A DNA stretch of 64,000 nt, from contig CAZYPW010000002.1 in the NCBI GenBank assembly GCA_964649615.1, forward strand, positions 2,969 through 66,968, written 5' to 3'. The position numbers were made by a program, and so were the translations under genes. The stretch comes from an uncultured Gammaproteobacteria bacterium (GTDB taxonomy: Bacteria; Patescibacteriota; Microgenomatia; Daviesbacterales; UBA10151). How positions within the stretch are numbered: position 1 is the first letter of the stretch; every line of letters begins with the position of its first letter. Of the stretch, positions 19,952-31,239 are shown piece by piece. The notes under the pieces were generated by a model. That model saw only the letters and a program-made list of their open reading frames with translations, ran no database searches and was not told the origin of the DNA.

Positions 19952-20057
19952 ACCAGAATATATACGACGAATTAATTTTATCCTGTTATATTTTTATTGC
20001 AAGTAGCAACACATCTCCTCACAAATTGCGCACACCAGGTGTGCCGTAGATAAACAC

Positions 20058-21404
20058 CTAGGATTTTGTCAGCAGTATTTCTAAAATTTCTTTTACTTTG
20101 CCAGGATCTGCTTTACCTTTAGTTTCTTTCATTACCCATCCTACCATTGCCTGAATTGCATTTATCCTGCCTTTAACAAAATCCTGAACGGCCATAGGGT
20201 TTTTTGTTATTGCCTCTTCAGCCAATTTTTTTAACTCTTTCCCATCATCAATCAACCCAACTAATTTGGCTTTAATTTCTTCAATAATTTGTGCCGTGCC
20301 TACAATGTTAATATCCGTCTTTTTGTTAATTATGTAATTTGCTATATCTTGAGCACTTACTTCCTGTTCTTGTCCTTGTTTTACTACAGTTTCAAAAAAT
20401 TCCGCCATCCTTTTATCTTCTGCTAATATTTCTGCATCTGTTTTTTTTATCCCTAACCCTTTCTCAAACCTTTCGCTCCTATCCCATGGTAATTCAGGAA
20501 GAGAATTCTTTATTGATTGGATTTTTTTATGCTCCAAAATTAATTCAGGCAAATCAGGTTCGGGAAAATAGCGGTAATCATGAGCATCTTCTTTACCTCT
20601 TTGGAGATATGTACACTTTTTGTCCTCATTCCATCCCCTGGTTTCTTGAAAAAGTTTCTCGCCTTTCTCAATTGCGGCAATTTGGCGTTTAATTTCATAC
20701 TCCACGGCTGCTACCATAAATCTAAAACTATTTATATTTTTAAGTTCCACCCTATAATTTGGTAAAACTCGAGCTTCACCCTTGGGGTGTCCGCTCAAAT
20801 TTCTGACTGAAACATTAGCCTCTAGTCTCATGTCTCCACGTTCCATATCTGCATTGGAGACTTCTAAATATCGAAAAAGCTGCTGCAGTTTTTTGGCATA
20901 ATCCCTAATCTGTTCCACATTTGTAAAATCAGGTTCAGTGACGATCTCTACCAGCGGCACTCCTGATCTATTAAAATCAATCAATGTTTCTGTACCCTTA
21001 TGAGATAGCTTCCCTGTATCTTCCTCCATATGCGCCCTGTTAATCCTTATCCATTTTCCATTTTCAATTTTCAATTTTCCATTTGTTGTTAATGGCCATC
21101 TGTATTGAGATATCTGGTATCCCTTGGGCAAATCCGGATAAAAGTAGTTTTTTCTCTCAAACAAAGACTTTTCGGCAACTGTACAATTCAAAGCAAGTCC
21201 TATTTTTATGCAATCATCTATAGCCTGCTCATTTATATAAGGCAAAGCTCCGGGTAACCCTAAACAAACCGGACAAGTATGGGTATTTGGCTCTTTGCCA
21301 AAATAATCTGCAGAACAGGAACAAAACATTTTGGATTTAGTATTTAGCTCAACATGAACTTCTAAACCAATCACAGGTTCATACATTTGCTTCGTATTTA
21401 TCAT
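20058..21404 (-). CDS. gatB: Asp/Glu-tRNA amidotransferase subunit B
   Basis: IGLEVH, RKNYFYPDLPKGYQISQ and YRYFPEPDLP. Confidence 0.97.
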   Translation of the reverse strand: MINTKQMYEPVIGLEVHVELNTKSKMFCSCSADYFGKEPNTHTCPVCLGLPGALPYINEQAIDDCIKIGLALNCTVAEKSLFERKNYFYPDLPKGYQISQYRWPLTTNGKLKIENGKWIRINRAHMEEDTGKLSHKGTETLIDFNRSGVPLVEIVTEPDFTNVEQIRDYAKKLQQLFRYLEVSNADMERGDMRLEANVSVRNLSGHPKGEARVLPNYRVELKNINSFRFMVAAVEYEIKRQIAAIEKGEKLFQETRGWNEDKKCTYLQRGKEDAHDYRYFPEPDLPELILEHKKIQSIKNSLPELPWDRSERFEKGLGIKKTDAEILAEDKRMAEFFETVVKQGQEQEVSAQDIANYIINKKTDINIVGTAQIIEEIKAKLVGLIDDGKELKKLAEEAITKNPMAVQDFVKGRINAIQAMVGWVMKETKGKADPGKVKEILEILLTKS

Positions 21405-21910
21405 TTGCCTCCTTCTTTAATCATCTTTGGTTGATATAATCTATCTATTGCACTTCTAATAAGGGTCAGGCTATCTTGTTGAGCAGATCTGTTAGCTTGA
21501 GTAGGGGAATCCTCAAAATCATGTAGGTATCTATCAAAAGTTTCTATTGCAACATTTAAGATGTTTCTTTTATTGACCAACGCCCTCACCTGTTCAAAAT
21601 CCCATGGGTTCACTCTAATCTCTTCTGGTTGTTTGGTTTCCCTATTAATTCCTGATCCCAGTATTACATCTTCTCCATCCACACCTATACCTTCATCTCT
21701 TTTTGAAGCCAGAAAAACCCCTAGATCTTGCTTTGCTTTTTTAGGTGGCTTTGACTCTAATAACTCTCCTGCCTTCCTTATAGCAACAGATCCAACTAAA
21801 CCGTCAATCCAATATCTCAACTTATATGCTTCATGTAACCAACTATATCCAGGCCTCACTTCAGGATCCAATCTTTCTGATGAATAAGGAAAGGTTTTAA
21901 CTTCTGTCAT
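21401..21910 (-). CDS. Hypothetical protein between gatA and gatB
   Basis: ORF coupled to both neighbours by 4-nt overlaps. Confidence 0.6.
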   Translation of the reverse strand: MTEVKTFPYSSERLDPEVRPGYSWLHEAYKLRYWIDGLVGSVAIRKAGELLESKPPKKAKQDLGVFLASKRDEGIGVDGEDVILGSGINRETKQPEEIRVNPWDFEQVRALVNKRNILNVAIETFDRYLHDFEDSPTQANRSAQQDSLTLIRSAIDRLYQPKMIKEGGK

Positions 21911-23253
21911 ATTTTTGGTTTCTCCTTTCTCCAATTTGTTGCTTGCTCATATGCAAAACCTACTCTTAAAATAGTTTCTTCATCGAAATGTTTCCCTAAA
22001 ATTTGTAACCCAACCGGCAACTCATCTGAAAATCCGCAAGGCACTGACAATCCCGGAATCCCTGCCAGATTTGCAGAGATTGTGTAGATATCGGAAAGAT
22101 ACATTCTTAAAGGATCATCAATTTTTTCTCCCAGATTCCACGCTGTGGTGGGGGAGACTGGGCCAACTATCACATCACATTTTTGAAAAGCATCCTTAAA
22201 ATCCCTTTTTACTAAAGTCCTCACTTTTGCAGCCTTAGCATAATATTCATCATAATATCCAGTGGAAAGCGCATATGTTCCCAACATGACTCTTCTTTTA
22301 ACCTCCGGGCCAATTTTATCCCTACCCTTCCCATACCTAATTCCGTCATAACGAGCCATATTAGAAGAAACTTCAGATGGCACAATTATGTAATAAGCTA
22401 CCAGAGCATATTCACTGTGCGGCAAACTTATTTCAACTATTTCTGCTCCTAAATTCTCCAATTTTTTAATAGCATCCTCCACTACATGTTTAACTTTTGG
22501 ATCCAGCCCTTCCTCAAAATACTCCCTAGGAACTCCAACCTTTAACTCTTGCACACCCTTAGGGTGTGTTAGCTTGACACCTTTAGTATTTATACAATTG
22601 CTGTCATATCCATCAGCACCCGAAATCCAGTCTAAAACTAGAGCGGCATCCTCAACAGATTTGGTCATAGGACCTATTTGATCTAAAGATGAAGCCATAG
22701 CAATTAATCCATATCTGGAAACTCTACCATAGGAAGGTTTTAAACCCACAATTCCAGTGAGAGATGCTGGCTGTCTAATAGACCCACCTGTATCAGATCC
22801 TAAAGCAAATGTACAAAGATCAGCTGCTACAGCTACAGCTGAACCAGAAGATGATCCGCCAGGAATCTTATTAATATCCCAGGGATTTTTAGTTGGACCA
22901 TAGGCGGAATTCTCTCCGGAGGCTCCCATTGCAAACTCATCATGATTAGTTTTTCCAATAATGGAAATTCCTTGTGCTAACAATTTATCTATGACTGTGG
23001 CATTGTATGGTGGAATGTAATTTTCCAAAACTTTGGAAGCTGCTGTAGTCTTAATACCTTTTGTTGAAATTACATCTTTTATAGCAGCAGGAATACCCTT
23101 AGTGGGATTTTCTATTTGCAAATAAGCATTTAATTTTTCATTCAATAAATCAATTCTCTCTTTATATGCTTTATTTAATTCTTCTTCAGAAAATTCTTTA
23201 TCTTTTAAAGCTTTTATAGTTTGCGTAAGAGTTAAAGAGGTAATATCACTCAT
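21907..23253 (-). CDS. gatA: Asp/Glu-tRNA amidotransferase subunit A
   Basis: Amidase signature GGSSSGS and [11 protein letters not shown]. Confidence 0.97.
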   Translation of the reverse strand: MSDITSLTLTQTIKALKDKEFSEEELNKAYKERIDLLNEKLNAYLQIENPTKGIPAAIKDVISTKGIKTTAASKVLENYIPPYNATVIDKLLAQGISIIGKTNHDEFAMGASGENSAYGPTKNPWDINKIPGGSSSGSAVAVAADLCTFALGSDTGGSIRQPASLTGIVGLKPSYGRVSRYGLIAMASSLDQIGPMTKSVEDAALVLDWISGADGYDSNCINTKGVKLTHPKGVQELKVGVPREYFEEGLDPKVKHVVEDAIKKLENLGAEIVEISLPHSEYALVAYYIIVPSEVSSNMARYDGIRYGKGRDKIGPEVKRRVMLGTYALSTGYYDEYYAKAAKVRTLVKRDFKDAFQKCDVIVGPVSPTTAWNLGEKIDDPLRMYLSDIYTISANLAGIPGLSVPCGFSDELPVGLQILGKHFDEETILRVGFAYEQATNWRKEKPKI

Positions 23254-23539
23254 TAAAAACTCCTTTGGTTACAAAAAATCCATCCTGCTTTTTAGCAGCA
23301 TTTGATAAAACATCCTCTTGAGGCAAGGCGCAATCCCCTACCTCATCTTTAGCTTCAATATTTACTTGTCCTGAAACATTAAATGTTGGTTCCACTCCAG
23401 AAGTATCAACGAAATTTAGCTGATCAACATATTCTAAAATTTTAGATAACTGTTCAGAATATTTTTTTTCTTCTTCATCAGAAATAGGTAAATTAGCTAG
23501 TTTAGCAACATGTTTTACTTGATCTTTAGTTAGTTTCAT
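23246..23539 (-). CDS. gatC: Asp/Glu-tRNA amidotransferase subunit C
   Basis: [18 protein letters not shown] and operon position. Confidence 0.95.
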   Translation of the reverse strand: MKLTKDQVKHVAKLANLPISDEEEKKYSEQLSKILEYVDQLNFVDTSGVEPTFNVSGQVNIEAKDEVGDCALPQEDVLSNAAKKQDGFFVTKGVFNE

Positions 23540-23581
23540 ATAGGTAGGATTATACCCTACCTAATCCAGGGTGTTAAGAGT

Positions 23582-24502
23582 TTAAATCTTACCCTCCATT
23601 TCCTGAAGGGCTTTGAGGCGGGCCTCCATCGGAGGGTGGGTATTAAAAAGTCCGGCAAGCCAAGCGCCGGCGTTTTTTCCTTTTAAAGGATTAACAATAA
23701 AAAGGTGTGCTGTTCCTGAGTGAGCAACTTTCATTTGAGTGTGAGATGAGGATATTTTCTGCAGCGCTGAAGCCAAACCTTGAGGATATCTTGTTAAAAG
23801 CACCCCTGACGCATCCGCCAAAAGTTCTCTTCTTCTGGAAACCGCCATTTGTATAAGCATGGCTGCAATGGGTGCCAAAATAGCTGCAATTATTGACAGT
23901 ACCATAAATAATCCCCCACCTCTTTCTCTATTATTTCCGCCAAACCAAAGTGAACGCATAAAAATATCCGCAAGTATAGCGATTACTCCAACAAGAACTG
24001 ATACAACTGCCATAACTAGGGTATCCCTATTCCCCACATGAGACAATTCATGAGCTGTCACTCCTTCTAATTCATGCTTGTCCAGTCTTTGTAGGATTCC
24101 TCTGGTAAAAGCAATAGCCGCATGTTTAGGATCTCTGCCTGTGGCAAAAGCATTTGGAGCTTCCTCATTCATGATATAAACTTTTGGTAAGGGCAACCCT
24201 GCAGCAAGACAAAGATTCTCTACAGTTCTATAAAGAGTGGGATTATCCTCTTTTTTAATTGGTTTTGCCTCAGAAAGACCCAGTACAATTTTATCTGAGT
24301 AGTAGTAGCTTACAAAATTCATTATTCCTGCAAAAATTAGAGCAAAACCCACCAATCCTAAAGCCCCCACATTATCATAACCAAAACCTCTGGCAAATAT
24401 ATAAACAATACCAATAACAAAAAGGGAGAAAAAGAACATAATCAGCCATGTTTTGAAAATATTTCCTGAAACATGATCCCAAGCTGTATTAACAGTTGCC
24501 AT
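23582..24502 (-). CDS. htpX: M48 zinc metalloprotease HtpX
   Basis: PNAFATG, HELSH and THPP. Confidence 0.92.
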   Translation of the reverse strand: MATVNTAWDHVSGNIFKTWLIMFFFSLFVIGIVYIFARGFGYDNVGALGLVGFALIFAGIMNFVSYYYSDKIVLGLSEAKPIKKEDNPTLYRTVENLCLAAGLPLPKVYIMNEEAPNAFATGRDPKHAAIAFTRGILQRLDKHELEGVTAHELSHVGNRDTLVMAVVSVLVGVIAILADIFMRSLWFGGNNRERGGGLFMVLSIIAAILAPIAAMLIQMAVSRRRELLADASGVLLTRYPQGLASALQKISSSHTQMKVAHSGTAHLFIVNPLKGKNAGAWLAGLFNTHPPMEARLKALQEMEGKI

Positions 24503-24507
24503 AGGAG

Positions 24508-25059
24508 TTAAAATTTGACTTCAATATCTTTTTTATCCTCTTCAGTGGCTTTGAAGAAGTCTTCTTTAATAAATCCAAACATAGATCCTACCCAGGCAGA
24601 GGGGATAGTTTCCAAAGAATTATTTAAATCCAAAACATTGGTGTTATAAAACTGCCTGGAGGCTGCTACTTTTGTTTCTGTATCAGAAAGTTCATCCTGA
24701 AGTTTAATAAAATTCTCCGAAGCTTTAAGGTTTGGGTAATTCTCCGCCACAGCAAAGAGTGATTTTAAAGCACCGGTTAACATATTATCAGCCGCAGCAG
24801 CTTCATGGGGATTTTTTGCACCCATTAAAGATGTTCTGGCTTTTGTTACCTCTTCCAGCACCCCTTTTTCATGCTTAACATATCCCTTAACAGCTTCTAC
24901 TAAATTAGGAATTAAAGATGAACGCCTCTTTAACTGCACATCTATTTGTGACCAAGCCTCTCTGACTCTGTTCCTTAAGGTAATTAAACTATTATAGGCA
25001 AATAATATCCATAGTGCTAGAACTACTATTATCCCTACTACAATATAAGTAATTTCCAT
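24508..25059 (-). CDS. lemA: LemA family protein
   Basis: [12 protein letters not shown] and AENYPNLKA. Confidence 0.95.
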   Translation of the reverse strand: MEITYIVVGIIVVLALWILFAYNSLITLRNRVREAWSQIDVQLKRRSSLIPNLVEAVKGYVKHEKGVLEEVTKARTSLMGAKNPHEAAAADNMLTGALKSLFAVAENYPNLKASENFIKLQDELSDTETKVAASRQFYNTNVLDLNNSLETIPSAWVGSMFGFIKEDFFKATEEDKKDIEVKF

Positions 25060-25082
25060 AATTCTTGACTCTATATTCTTGA

Positions 25083-26825
25083 TTATATATTAAACCATTT
25101 GGCAAAATCTGTCCAGCCCCAAGTGTTAACTATATCTTTGGCTTCTGCCCAACCGCGCCTGGCAACAGCCACTCCAAATTTCATATTATCCATCTGAGAA
25201 ACCTGATGAGCATCAGTATCTATAATAAATTTAACTCCATATTTTAGCGCAAGCCTGACTAAATCATCCCTTAAATCTAATCTATTTGGATAGGCATTGA
25301 TCTCCAAAATCTTGTTATTTTTGGCAGCTGCTTTAAAAATTTGCTCCCAATCGGCATCTGATGACTCTCTTTCATTTAAAAGCCTGTTTGTAGGATGGGA
25401 GATAATATCTACTTGAGGATTATTTAAAGCACCAATTAGCCTTTTAGTAATTTCTTCCTTTGAACCCCTATGCCCAGAGTGAATTCCAGCTATGCAATAA
25501 TCAAGCGTGACTAAAACTTCATCAGGCATACTCAAACTCCCATCACCTAAAATATCTATTTCGAGTCCATTAAGTACTCGAATACTTTTTGTACCCTGCC
25601 TAAGGGATTGAATAAATTTTGTCCTCTTTTCTACCCAACTAATAATTTCTTTTTTGCTGTTTGTACTATGCCCTGGTGGATGGTCTGCAATCCCCACAAA
25701 CTGATATTCAAACTCCTGAGCTTTTTTAACAATCTCCTCAATAGAATTTACTCCTGGAGCATGGGATGGACTTTTAATAGCAAAATTTGAATGTAGATGC
25801 AAATCTCCTTTAATATCCCCCGCTTCTACTAAATTAGGTAAATTATGCTTCAGGGCAGCCTCTATCTCTCCGGTATCTTCCCTCATCTCTGGCGGGGGAA
25901 TCTGCATACCTAGCAGTTTGTAGAATTCCTCCTCTGTTTCTGTTTTAATTGTTTTTTGACTGTCCATTTTCCTAACTCCATATTCACTTAATGAGTAACC
26001 CAGGTCCAAAGCTAAACTTCTAAGATGAATATTGTGGCTCTTAGAGCCTGTAAAATGCTGCAGAAGGGCTCCGTAAGAGCTTAGACTGCCCACAAGCAGA
26101 TCAGCCTGCACACCGCTTTGGAGAATCACTGTAGCTTTATTCACGCCCTGGTCAACAATCCTGGCAACACCGGGCATTTCACAAAAACAGTCTATAATTT
26201 TCTTAGGCTCCTCTGAGCTGGCAGAAAAATCCAGATCCCCCACAGTTGCCGCCATTCTTCGAAGGGAACCTAGTGAGTGAACTTGTAAAACACCAGGGCA
26301 CTTTTTAAGATACTCCAGAATTTTTTCTGCCTGTGCATAACCATACGGAAGCAACATCCTGTTGTCTCTTTGGGATAATTCATGTAATCCTGACAGAATA
26401 TTTTGAGCAATTTTAGCTGAGAAACCTTTTTTTACTAATTCTCCAGTTTTAAGTTTTTTGGGTAAATCCTCAATATTATTTACTCCTAAATCAACCATCT
26501 TTTGGGCAGTTTTAGGCCCAATCCCTGGAATATCTAAAAGATCAAAAACTATACTGGGTATCCCCTGCTGAATCTTCTCAAAGTGCTTAACCTTGCCTGT
26601 TTTAAATAATTCATCCAAATAGCCCTGAAGAGCCACTCCTAAGCCTGGAACTTGGCCCAATTTACCTTCCTCCCATAGGTCAGCAATTTCTGCAGTGGAG
26701 TGTTCAATAGAATCAGCAGCATTGCTGTAAGCTCTTATCTGAAAAATATTACCTATTTCTTTAATAGTTAGCGCGGCGGCTATATCACGAAGCAATTTTG
26801 CCAATCGTTGATTAGAAATCTCCAC
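25083..26825 (-). CDS. polX: DNA polymerase X with PHP domain
   Basis: HhH motif [30 protein letters not shown] and TDAH. Confidence 0.92.
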   Translation of the reverse strand: MEISNQRLAKLLRDIAAALTIKEIGNIFQIRAYSNAADSIEHSTAEIADLWEEGKLGQVPGLGVALQGYLDELFKTGKVKHFEKIQQGIPSIVFDLLDIPGIGPKTAQKMVDLGVNNIEDLPKKLKTGELVKKGFSAKIAQNILSGLHELSQRDNRMLLPYGYAQAEKILEYLKKCPGVLQVHSLGSLRRMAATVGDLDFSASSEEPKKIIDCFCEMPGVARIVDQGVNKATVILQSGVQADLLVGSLSSYGALLQHFTGSKSHNIHLRSLALDLGYSLSEYGVRKMDSQKTIKTETEEEFYKLLGMQIPPPEMREDTGEIEAALKHNLPNLVEAGDIKGDLHLHSNFAIKSPSHAPGVNSIEEIVKKAQEFEYQFVGIADHPPGHSTNSKKEIISWVEKRTKFIQSLRQGTKSIRVLNGLEIDILGDGSLSMPDEVLVTLDYCIAGIHSGHRGSKEEITKRLIGALNNPQVDIISHPTNRLLNERESSDADWEQIFKAAAKNNKILEINAYPNRLDLRDDLVRLALKYGVKFIIDTDAHQVSQMDNMKFGVAVARRGWAEAKDIVNTWGWTDFAKWFNI

Positions 26826-26846
26826 AATGTTAATATATCAGAAGTT

Positions 26847-26919
26847 GGGACCGTAGTGAACCGGTCATCACGTCTCCCTGTCACGGAGAAGATAGCGGGT
26901 TCGATTCCCGTCGGTCCCG
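26847..26919 (+). tRNA. tRNA-Asp(GTC)
   Basis: Acceptor stem GGGACCG/CGGTCCC, anticodon arm TCTCC-CTGTCAC-GGAGA, T arm GTTCGATTC. Confidence 0.95.
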
Positions 26920-28589
26920 CAAGATATACTTTTGTTCTTATGATACATCTCGTTTAGCTTGAACAGGCCAGCTAATCGGGGTGTTCCATTGATTAAATCT
27001 TCATAAGTTGGTTTTTCATCAAAAATAATTCCAAAAACAGCAGCATTTTTAAGGGGATTTTTGTGTCCTAACAACATATTCTCTGGGTGTTCCATAAATT
27101 TTCTTAATGACCTTAAAACATCATCCCTGCTAACATTAACTACCTCATCCTTTTGTTGTTTTTCCTTAAATTCATCAACCTTTAATTGCTCAATTTCTCC
27201 CTCTAACTCTGAAACCCTCTCTTGCATTGATTTAAGCATTGTTTGGTTAGTTAGGATTTCACAATTCTTTGAAATTTGATCTATTTGAATTTGTAATTCT
27301 GCTATTCTCGCTTGTCTTCCATTATCAGTTTTCTCTATCTGTCCTATTCTTAATTCCCAATTTTCAAGAAAACTTGCCTCAAAATCAGCAATAAACTTAT
27401 CGGTAAACTTGATATTTGAACAAAAGTCCTTAATTTCTGCATTAAAATCTCTTAGCTTAATTCTGAAAGATTTGTGGTTTCTTGAGCAATGATAGGCTGG
27501 ATGCTTTTTACCGAGTTTACCAGTAGAAGCACTACCCATCAGAGGTTTTTTACAAATAGAACAAAGGACATACTGTTTATAGGCATACATAGGGTTGAAT
27601 TTATTTTTAGTGATTCTCCAACTTGGAGGATTACCTTTATGAATTGTAATTAGTCCATGATTGTCTTCAATAAAAGCCCGCCCAAGATTAGCTTTATTCC
27701 ATAATTCTATGCTAATCAAACCCCCGCCATACAATCTAACTGGTTTACCATTGGTCCATTTCTCGGTATTAACCCCACAATAGATTGGATTTTGAATGTA
27801 TTGAGTAAGTTTTTTGATCGTTAATTTATTGTTTCCATATAAAGCTACTACCTTATTACCATTATGCTTATCTCTGTGTTTCTTTTGTCTAGTTCTAAAA
27901 CCCATTTTATTAACCTCATCAACAACTTTCTGCTTAGTAAAACTACCCAACGCTGTTAATTCAAACATTCTTATAAACCACGGAGATTCAATCGGGTGGG
28001 GTTTTAAAATGTACCTTTTACCATGTTCTTCTGTTTCAATTCTTTCGGAGGTATAACCTGGTGGGGTAGTGGATCGCCAAAATCCTAATCTGATATACCG
28101 GATAGCAGCTCCTAACATTCTGGTTTGAATATCCCTAATTTCATCCTTAAAACGCTCTGCTGTTAAGATTTCATTTTGGAAAGAAGGATTATATACACTC
28201 CATTTATACTCAACCCCTAGATGGGCGAGGGTATTAACTTTATATTCTGAAATCACACCATGACAATCAATAAGTGATACACCAGCTTTTTCCAGTTGTG
28301 ATTTTAGATCAGAATAAGGACCTACTCCACCTCTGGTAAATCTATCAATACTTTTAACAATGCAATACTTAATTTTGTTCTTTGGGTTTTTACAATAGTC
28401 TATAGCCGCCTGTGAGGGTTGCAATTCACCGGATGCAGATTCCATGAAGGTAAATGTTTCTTTGAGGGAAGCGTTAAGAGATTCAGCTTTTAATACAATC
28501 TGCTCTAGTTGATCTTCTGGGGAATCACCCTGTAAACCCTGCTTTTTAGAACTAACTCTTATTAGAGCTACTGCGTGACATTCCTGCAT
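26868..28589 (-). CDS. Large serine recombinase (integrase); last 17 codons run antisense through tRNA-Asp
   Basis: RVSSKKQ catalytic Ser, ESAS, SIDRFTR, zinc ribbon CSIC..YHC and coiled coil. Confidence 0.9.
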   Translation of the reverse strand: MQECHAVALIRVSSKKQGLQGDSPEDQLEQIVLKAESLNASLKETFTFMESASGELQPSQAAIDYCKNPKNKIKYCIVKSIDRFTRGGVGPYSDLKSQLEKAGVSLIDCHGVISEYKVNTLAHLGVEYKWSVYNPSFQNEILTAERFKDEIRDIQTRMLGAAIRYIRLGFWRSTTPPGYTSERIETEEHGKRYILKPHPIESPWFIRMFELTALGSFTKQKVVDEVNKMGFRTRQKKHRDKHNGNKVVALYGNNKLTIKKLTQYIQNPIYCGVNTEKWTNGKPVRLYGGGLISIELWNKANLGRAFIEDNHGLITIHKGNPPSWRITKNKFNPMYAYKQYVLCSICKKPLMGSASTGKLGKKHPAYHCSRNHKSFRIKLRDFNAEIKDFCSNIKFTDKFIADFEASFLENWELRIGQIEKTDNGRQARIAELQIQIDQISKNCEILTNQTMLKSMQERVSELEGEIEQLKVDEFKEKQQKDEVVNVSRDDVLRSLRKFMEHPENMLLGHKNPLKNAAVFGIIFDEKPTYEDLINGTPRLAGLFKLNEMYHKNKSISCGTDGNRTRYLLRDRET

Positions 28590-28738
28590 ATTTCTTTTAC
28601 TTTAACCCCTTTCTTAGGTTGTTTCAATATATATTTTTCCGGATTTTCTAACATTAGGTCTATTATGTGATTGGATAAAACATCCATCAAGTCTTCCTGT
28701 TTAGAATTTCTCTCTATTTGTGTTTTAGAATCAGGCAT
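28568..28738 (-). CDS. 56-aa hypothetical protein upstream of the integrase (not in ORF track)
   Basis: MPDSKTQIERNSKQEDLMDVLSNHIIDLML...VTQ*; overlaps the rep stop and the integrase start. Confidence 0.55.
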   Translation of the reverse strand: MPDSKTQIERNSKQEDLMDVLSNHIIDLMLENPEKYILKQPKKGVKVKEICRNVTQ

Positions 28739-29246
28739 AGGGACTCCTCCTAAACCCTTCTGCTTTTTCTTTTAACTTCTTATAAGATTCCGTTTCTGAA
28801 AGATTTTTAACCTCATTCTTATTATCTTTTTCTAATTCATTTTCTTCTAATAGCTGATAACCATTTTTATCGGAGGTCGGGTAATCATCTTTAACAGAGG
28901 TCTGATAATTATTACTGACAGAGGGGGTTAAAAGGGACCATTCATTTGATAGATTTGTTTTGCCATCAACCTTCCTGTTCTTTTTATCTAAAATTCTAAG
29001 TTCTACAAACCGCCTACAATAAATTTTAACTGTGGAAATAGATTTGCCGGTGAGTTTAGCTATTTGGGAATAATAGGCAGTAAATTCATCACTAGAATTG
29101 TTGCTAGCCAATTCAGTAAGGGTTTGATAAATAGCCAGAGCAGTGGTTAATTTCTGACCCTTAAAATTATTTCTTATAAATTCAGTCATGTCTTTATCCT
29201 GCCAACACCAGCGTCTGGATTTTTTAATATTTCTCGATATTTCCAT
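28731..29246 (-). CDS. Winged-helix replication initiator-like protein
   Basis: ALAIYQTL and YYSQIAKLTGKSISTVK HTH, followed by a repeat-rich linker. Start codon uncertain. Confidence 0.65.
   Translation of the reverse strand: MEISRNIKKSRRWCWQDKDMTEFIRNNFKGQKLTTALAIYQTLTELASNNSSDEFTAYYSQIAKLTGKSISTVKIYCRRFVELRILDKKNRKVDGKTNLSNEWSLLTPSVSNNYQTSVKDDYPTSDKNGYQLLEENELEKDNKNEVKNLSETESYKKLKEKAEGFRRSPYA
28854..28925. repeat. Three imperfect 24-bp tandem repeats inside rep (putative iterons)
   Basis: ctgataaccatttttatcggaggt / cgggtaatcatctttaacagaggt / ctgataattattactgacagaggg. Confidence 0.65.
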
Positions 29247-29517
29247 TTCTGTTTCCTTCATTTCTTGCCTGTGCAACTTGTTTCCAAAATGTTTCTATGG
29301 CCTCAAAGAGGTCTTTAGCGGATATATGTGGCTCTGTCTTGGTTCTGAATTGATTTATGAGGTTTTGAGCCTCTTTCTTAGGGGTAAACTGCCAATAAAC
29401 AACTCTGTTTTCTGAATAACTCTTAACAAATTTAATTAAGCCTGCAAAGCTAGCAGCAAGAAGAAAGGGAGCATTAATTTTATCTTTTTCAATATATACA
29501 TCCATAAATTTTTCCAT
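29224..29517 (-). CDS. Hypothetical protein, DUF5659-like
   Basis: LLAA..RVVYWQF pattern; lies upstream of rep. Confidence 0.5.
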   Translation of the reverse strand: MEKFMDVYIEKDKINAPFLLAASFAGLIKFVKSYSENRVVYWQFTPKKEAQNLINQFRTKTEPHISAKDLFEAIETFWKQVAQARNEGNRNGNIEKY

Positions 29518-29518
29518 T

Positions 29519-29563
29519 AAAAAAGCCCGTCTATAAACGGCAAATGCCATTTACAAACGAGCT
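29519..29563 (-). terminator. 18-bp hairpin plus U-tract in the leader of the rep-integrase operon
   Basis: AGCTCGTTTGTAAATGGC-ATTT-GCCGTTTATAGACGGGCT-TTTTT; fully paired, with 4 G-U pairs, on the minus strand. Confidence 0.7.
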
Positions 29564-29694
29564 CCGGTTTTCCGATAACTCTGTACTAAGTGTTCAGTTA
29601 AGGATTAATCCTAACTGCTATTTAATAATACACCCATTTGAGGAAAATAATACTTGTTTGATCGTTCTACCAGATGGGAAAAAGGACTTGACAC

Positions 29695-29958
29695 CTAAAA
29701 ACCTTTAAAAAATTCCTCCAGTGAAAGTCCTAATGAGTGTGCCAATCTCCATACGGTATGTAGGCTTGGGGAATATTTACCCTTCTCAATCTTGTTGACA
29801 TAAGTGTGATAATAACCAGCCTTATTAGAAAGCTCCTCCTGACTCATGTCTGTTTTCTCTCTGACATTTTTTAAATGAGCACCAATCTTCTTGGCAAACT
29901 CCTTTTTCTCTAACCTTCTTTCTACTGGCTTACTTCCATCTAAATCTTTTGGCTTCAT
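29695..29958 (-). CDS. XRE-family HTH regulator
   Basis: MSQEELS..YVNKIEKGKYSPSL. Confidence 0.9.
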   Translation of the reverse strand: MKPKDLDGSKPVERRLEKKEFAKKIGAHLKNVREKTDMSQEELSNKAGYYHTYVNKIEKGKYSPSLHTVWRLAHSLGLSLEEFFKGF

Positions 29959-30039
29959 ATCTTAATTAGACACAAGCCACCACACAAATACACTGCACTA
30001 GTATTGTGGATTTATGCTAAAATCAAATCGTTTATAAAT

Positions 30040-30675
30040 ATGCTTGAAGACTTATTTCAAAAGATAACAATTGCAATTACTTCAATAGTTATTGCAGTTA
30101 CCGGAGTATTTACAGGACCAAAGCCTACCCCTACCCCAACGCCTATTGCCGAACAAAGGGTTGAATCTTCTCCAACACCTTCTGTCATCCCATCAATTAA
30201 ACCTACTTTGCAAGCTATCCCAAAACCATCTAGCACTCCAAAGGTAGAACCAACACCCTCAAGCCAATCCGAATGGACTTTTACAAAGGATCAATATGAG
30301 GTAAACATTAGTAATGTTGACTACGGAACTATTTCTTGGCAGGCTCCAGGTGTAATGGCTGATGTAAATATTAAAAACATATCCATAACACCCTTTATCA
30401 CTAAATATGATCTTTCTGACTGTAAAGTAGTTAAAAATGGCACGCCTAGCAAATTCTATCCTAAAGGTTTTTTACCATCTTTGCCAAAAGGAATACCACC
30501 AGGAGAATCTTATCAAACCAGAATTGAAAAAGGATTTAGCGGTACTGATTATGATTCCTCTGGAAATAAAATTCTGCCCTCATCTGATTTAAAAGTAACA
30601 ACCTGCACTTTCACAGTGCAAACAGAAGGTAATTCAATCATTGAACCTAAAGTAGTAACTTTTTCAAACTTATAG
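30040..30675 (+). CDS. Secreted/anchored protein with Pro/Thr linker
   Basis: N-terminal hydrophobic segment, PTPTP linker and beta-rich domain. Confidence 0.6.
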   Translation: MLEDLFQKITIAITSIVIAVTGVFTGPKPTPTPTPIAEQRVESSPTPSVIPSIKPTLQAIPKPSSTPKVEPTPSSQSEWTFTKDQYEVNISNVDYGTISWQAPGVMADVNIKNISITPFITKYDLSDCKVVKNGTPSKFYPKGFLPSLPKGIPPGESYQTRIEKGFSGTDYDSSGNKILPSSDLKVTTCTFTVQTEGNSIIEPKVVTFSNL

Positions 30676-30691
30676 AAAAGCTGGTAAAACA

Positions 30692-31174
30692 ATGACAAAT
30701 AAGGAAGTATTAAAGGATCTCACTTTTGATGTAAATGATTTATTGTCTGAATATATTGCTATCCATAATGACAGGCTTAAAAGAGCTGGGACATTAGTAA
30801 GCTTTCTAAAAAACCTTTTCTTGGATAAAAAGATTGACTTCAACCAAATAACTAATGACACAGCCTTACTTCTGGGGAAATTTGAATCTAAGGAAAGAAA
30901 GTTTACACTTGTAAAGAACACATTTTATAAGCGTTTCGATGGACAGGAAAAGGAGTTTTTTGAATGTTTAACTCAATATTTTGACGCTTTGTATTTAACC
31001 TGTAAATCATTGGCAAGAGTTGCAGAATATCAACATTTAATAAGCCAGAGCTCAAAAAACGCATCTTGGAGTAAAAACAAACAACTAGAGGAAAATTATC
31101 AGGAATCAATTAAAAACTATTACGCTTTAGGAGAACAGCTAAATATACTCTATGGGAAGTTATTTAGTATTTAG
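30692..31174 (+). CDS. Hypothetical helical protein
   Basis: 160-aa ORF in line with neighbours. Confidence 0.55.
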   Translation: MTNKEVLKDLTFDVNDLLSEYIAIHNDRLKRAGTLVSFLKNLFLDKKIDFNQITNDTALLLGKFESKERKFTLVKNTFYKRFDGQEKEFFECLTQYFDALYLTCKSLARVAEYQHLISQSSKNASWSKNKQLEENYQESIKNYYALGEQLNILYGKLFSI

Positions 31175-31239
31175 TCTAATGATTACAAAGTCTACAGTCA
31201 TACCTATGATAAGTATTTGTCAAAAGATTATTAGAACTT

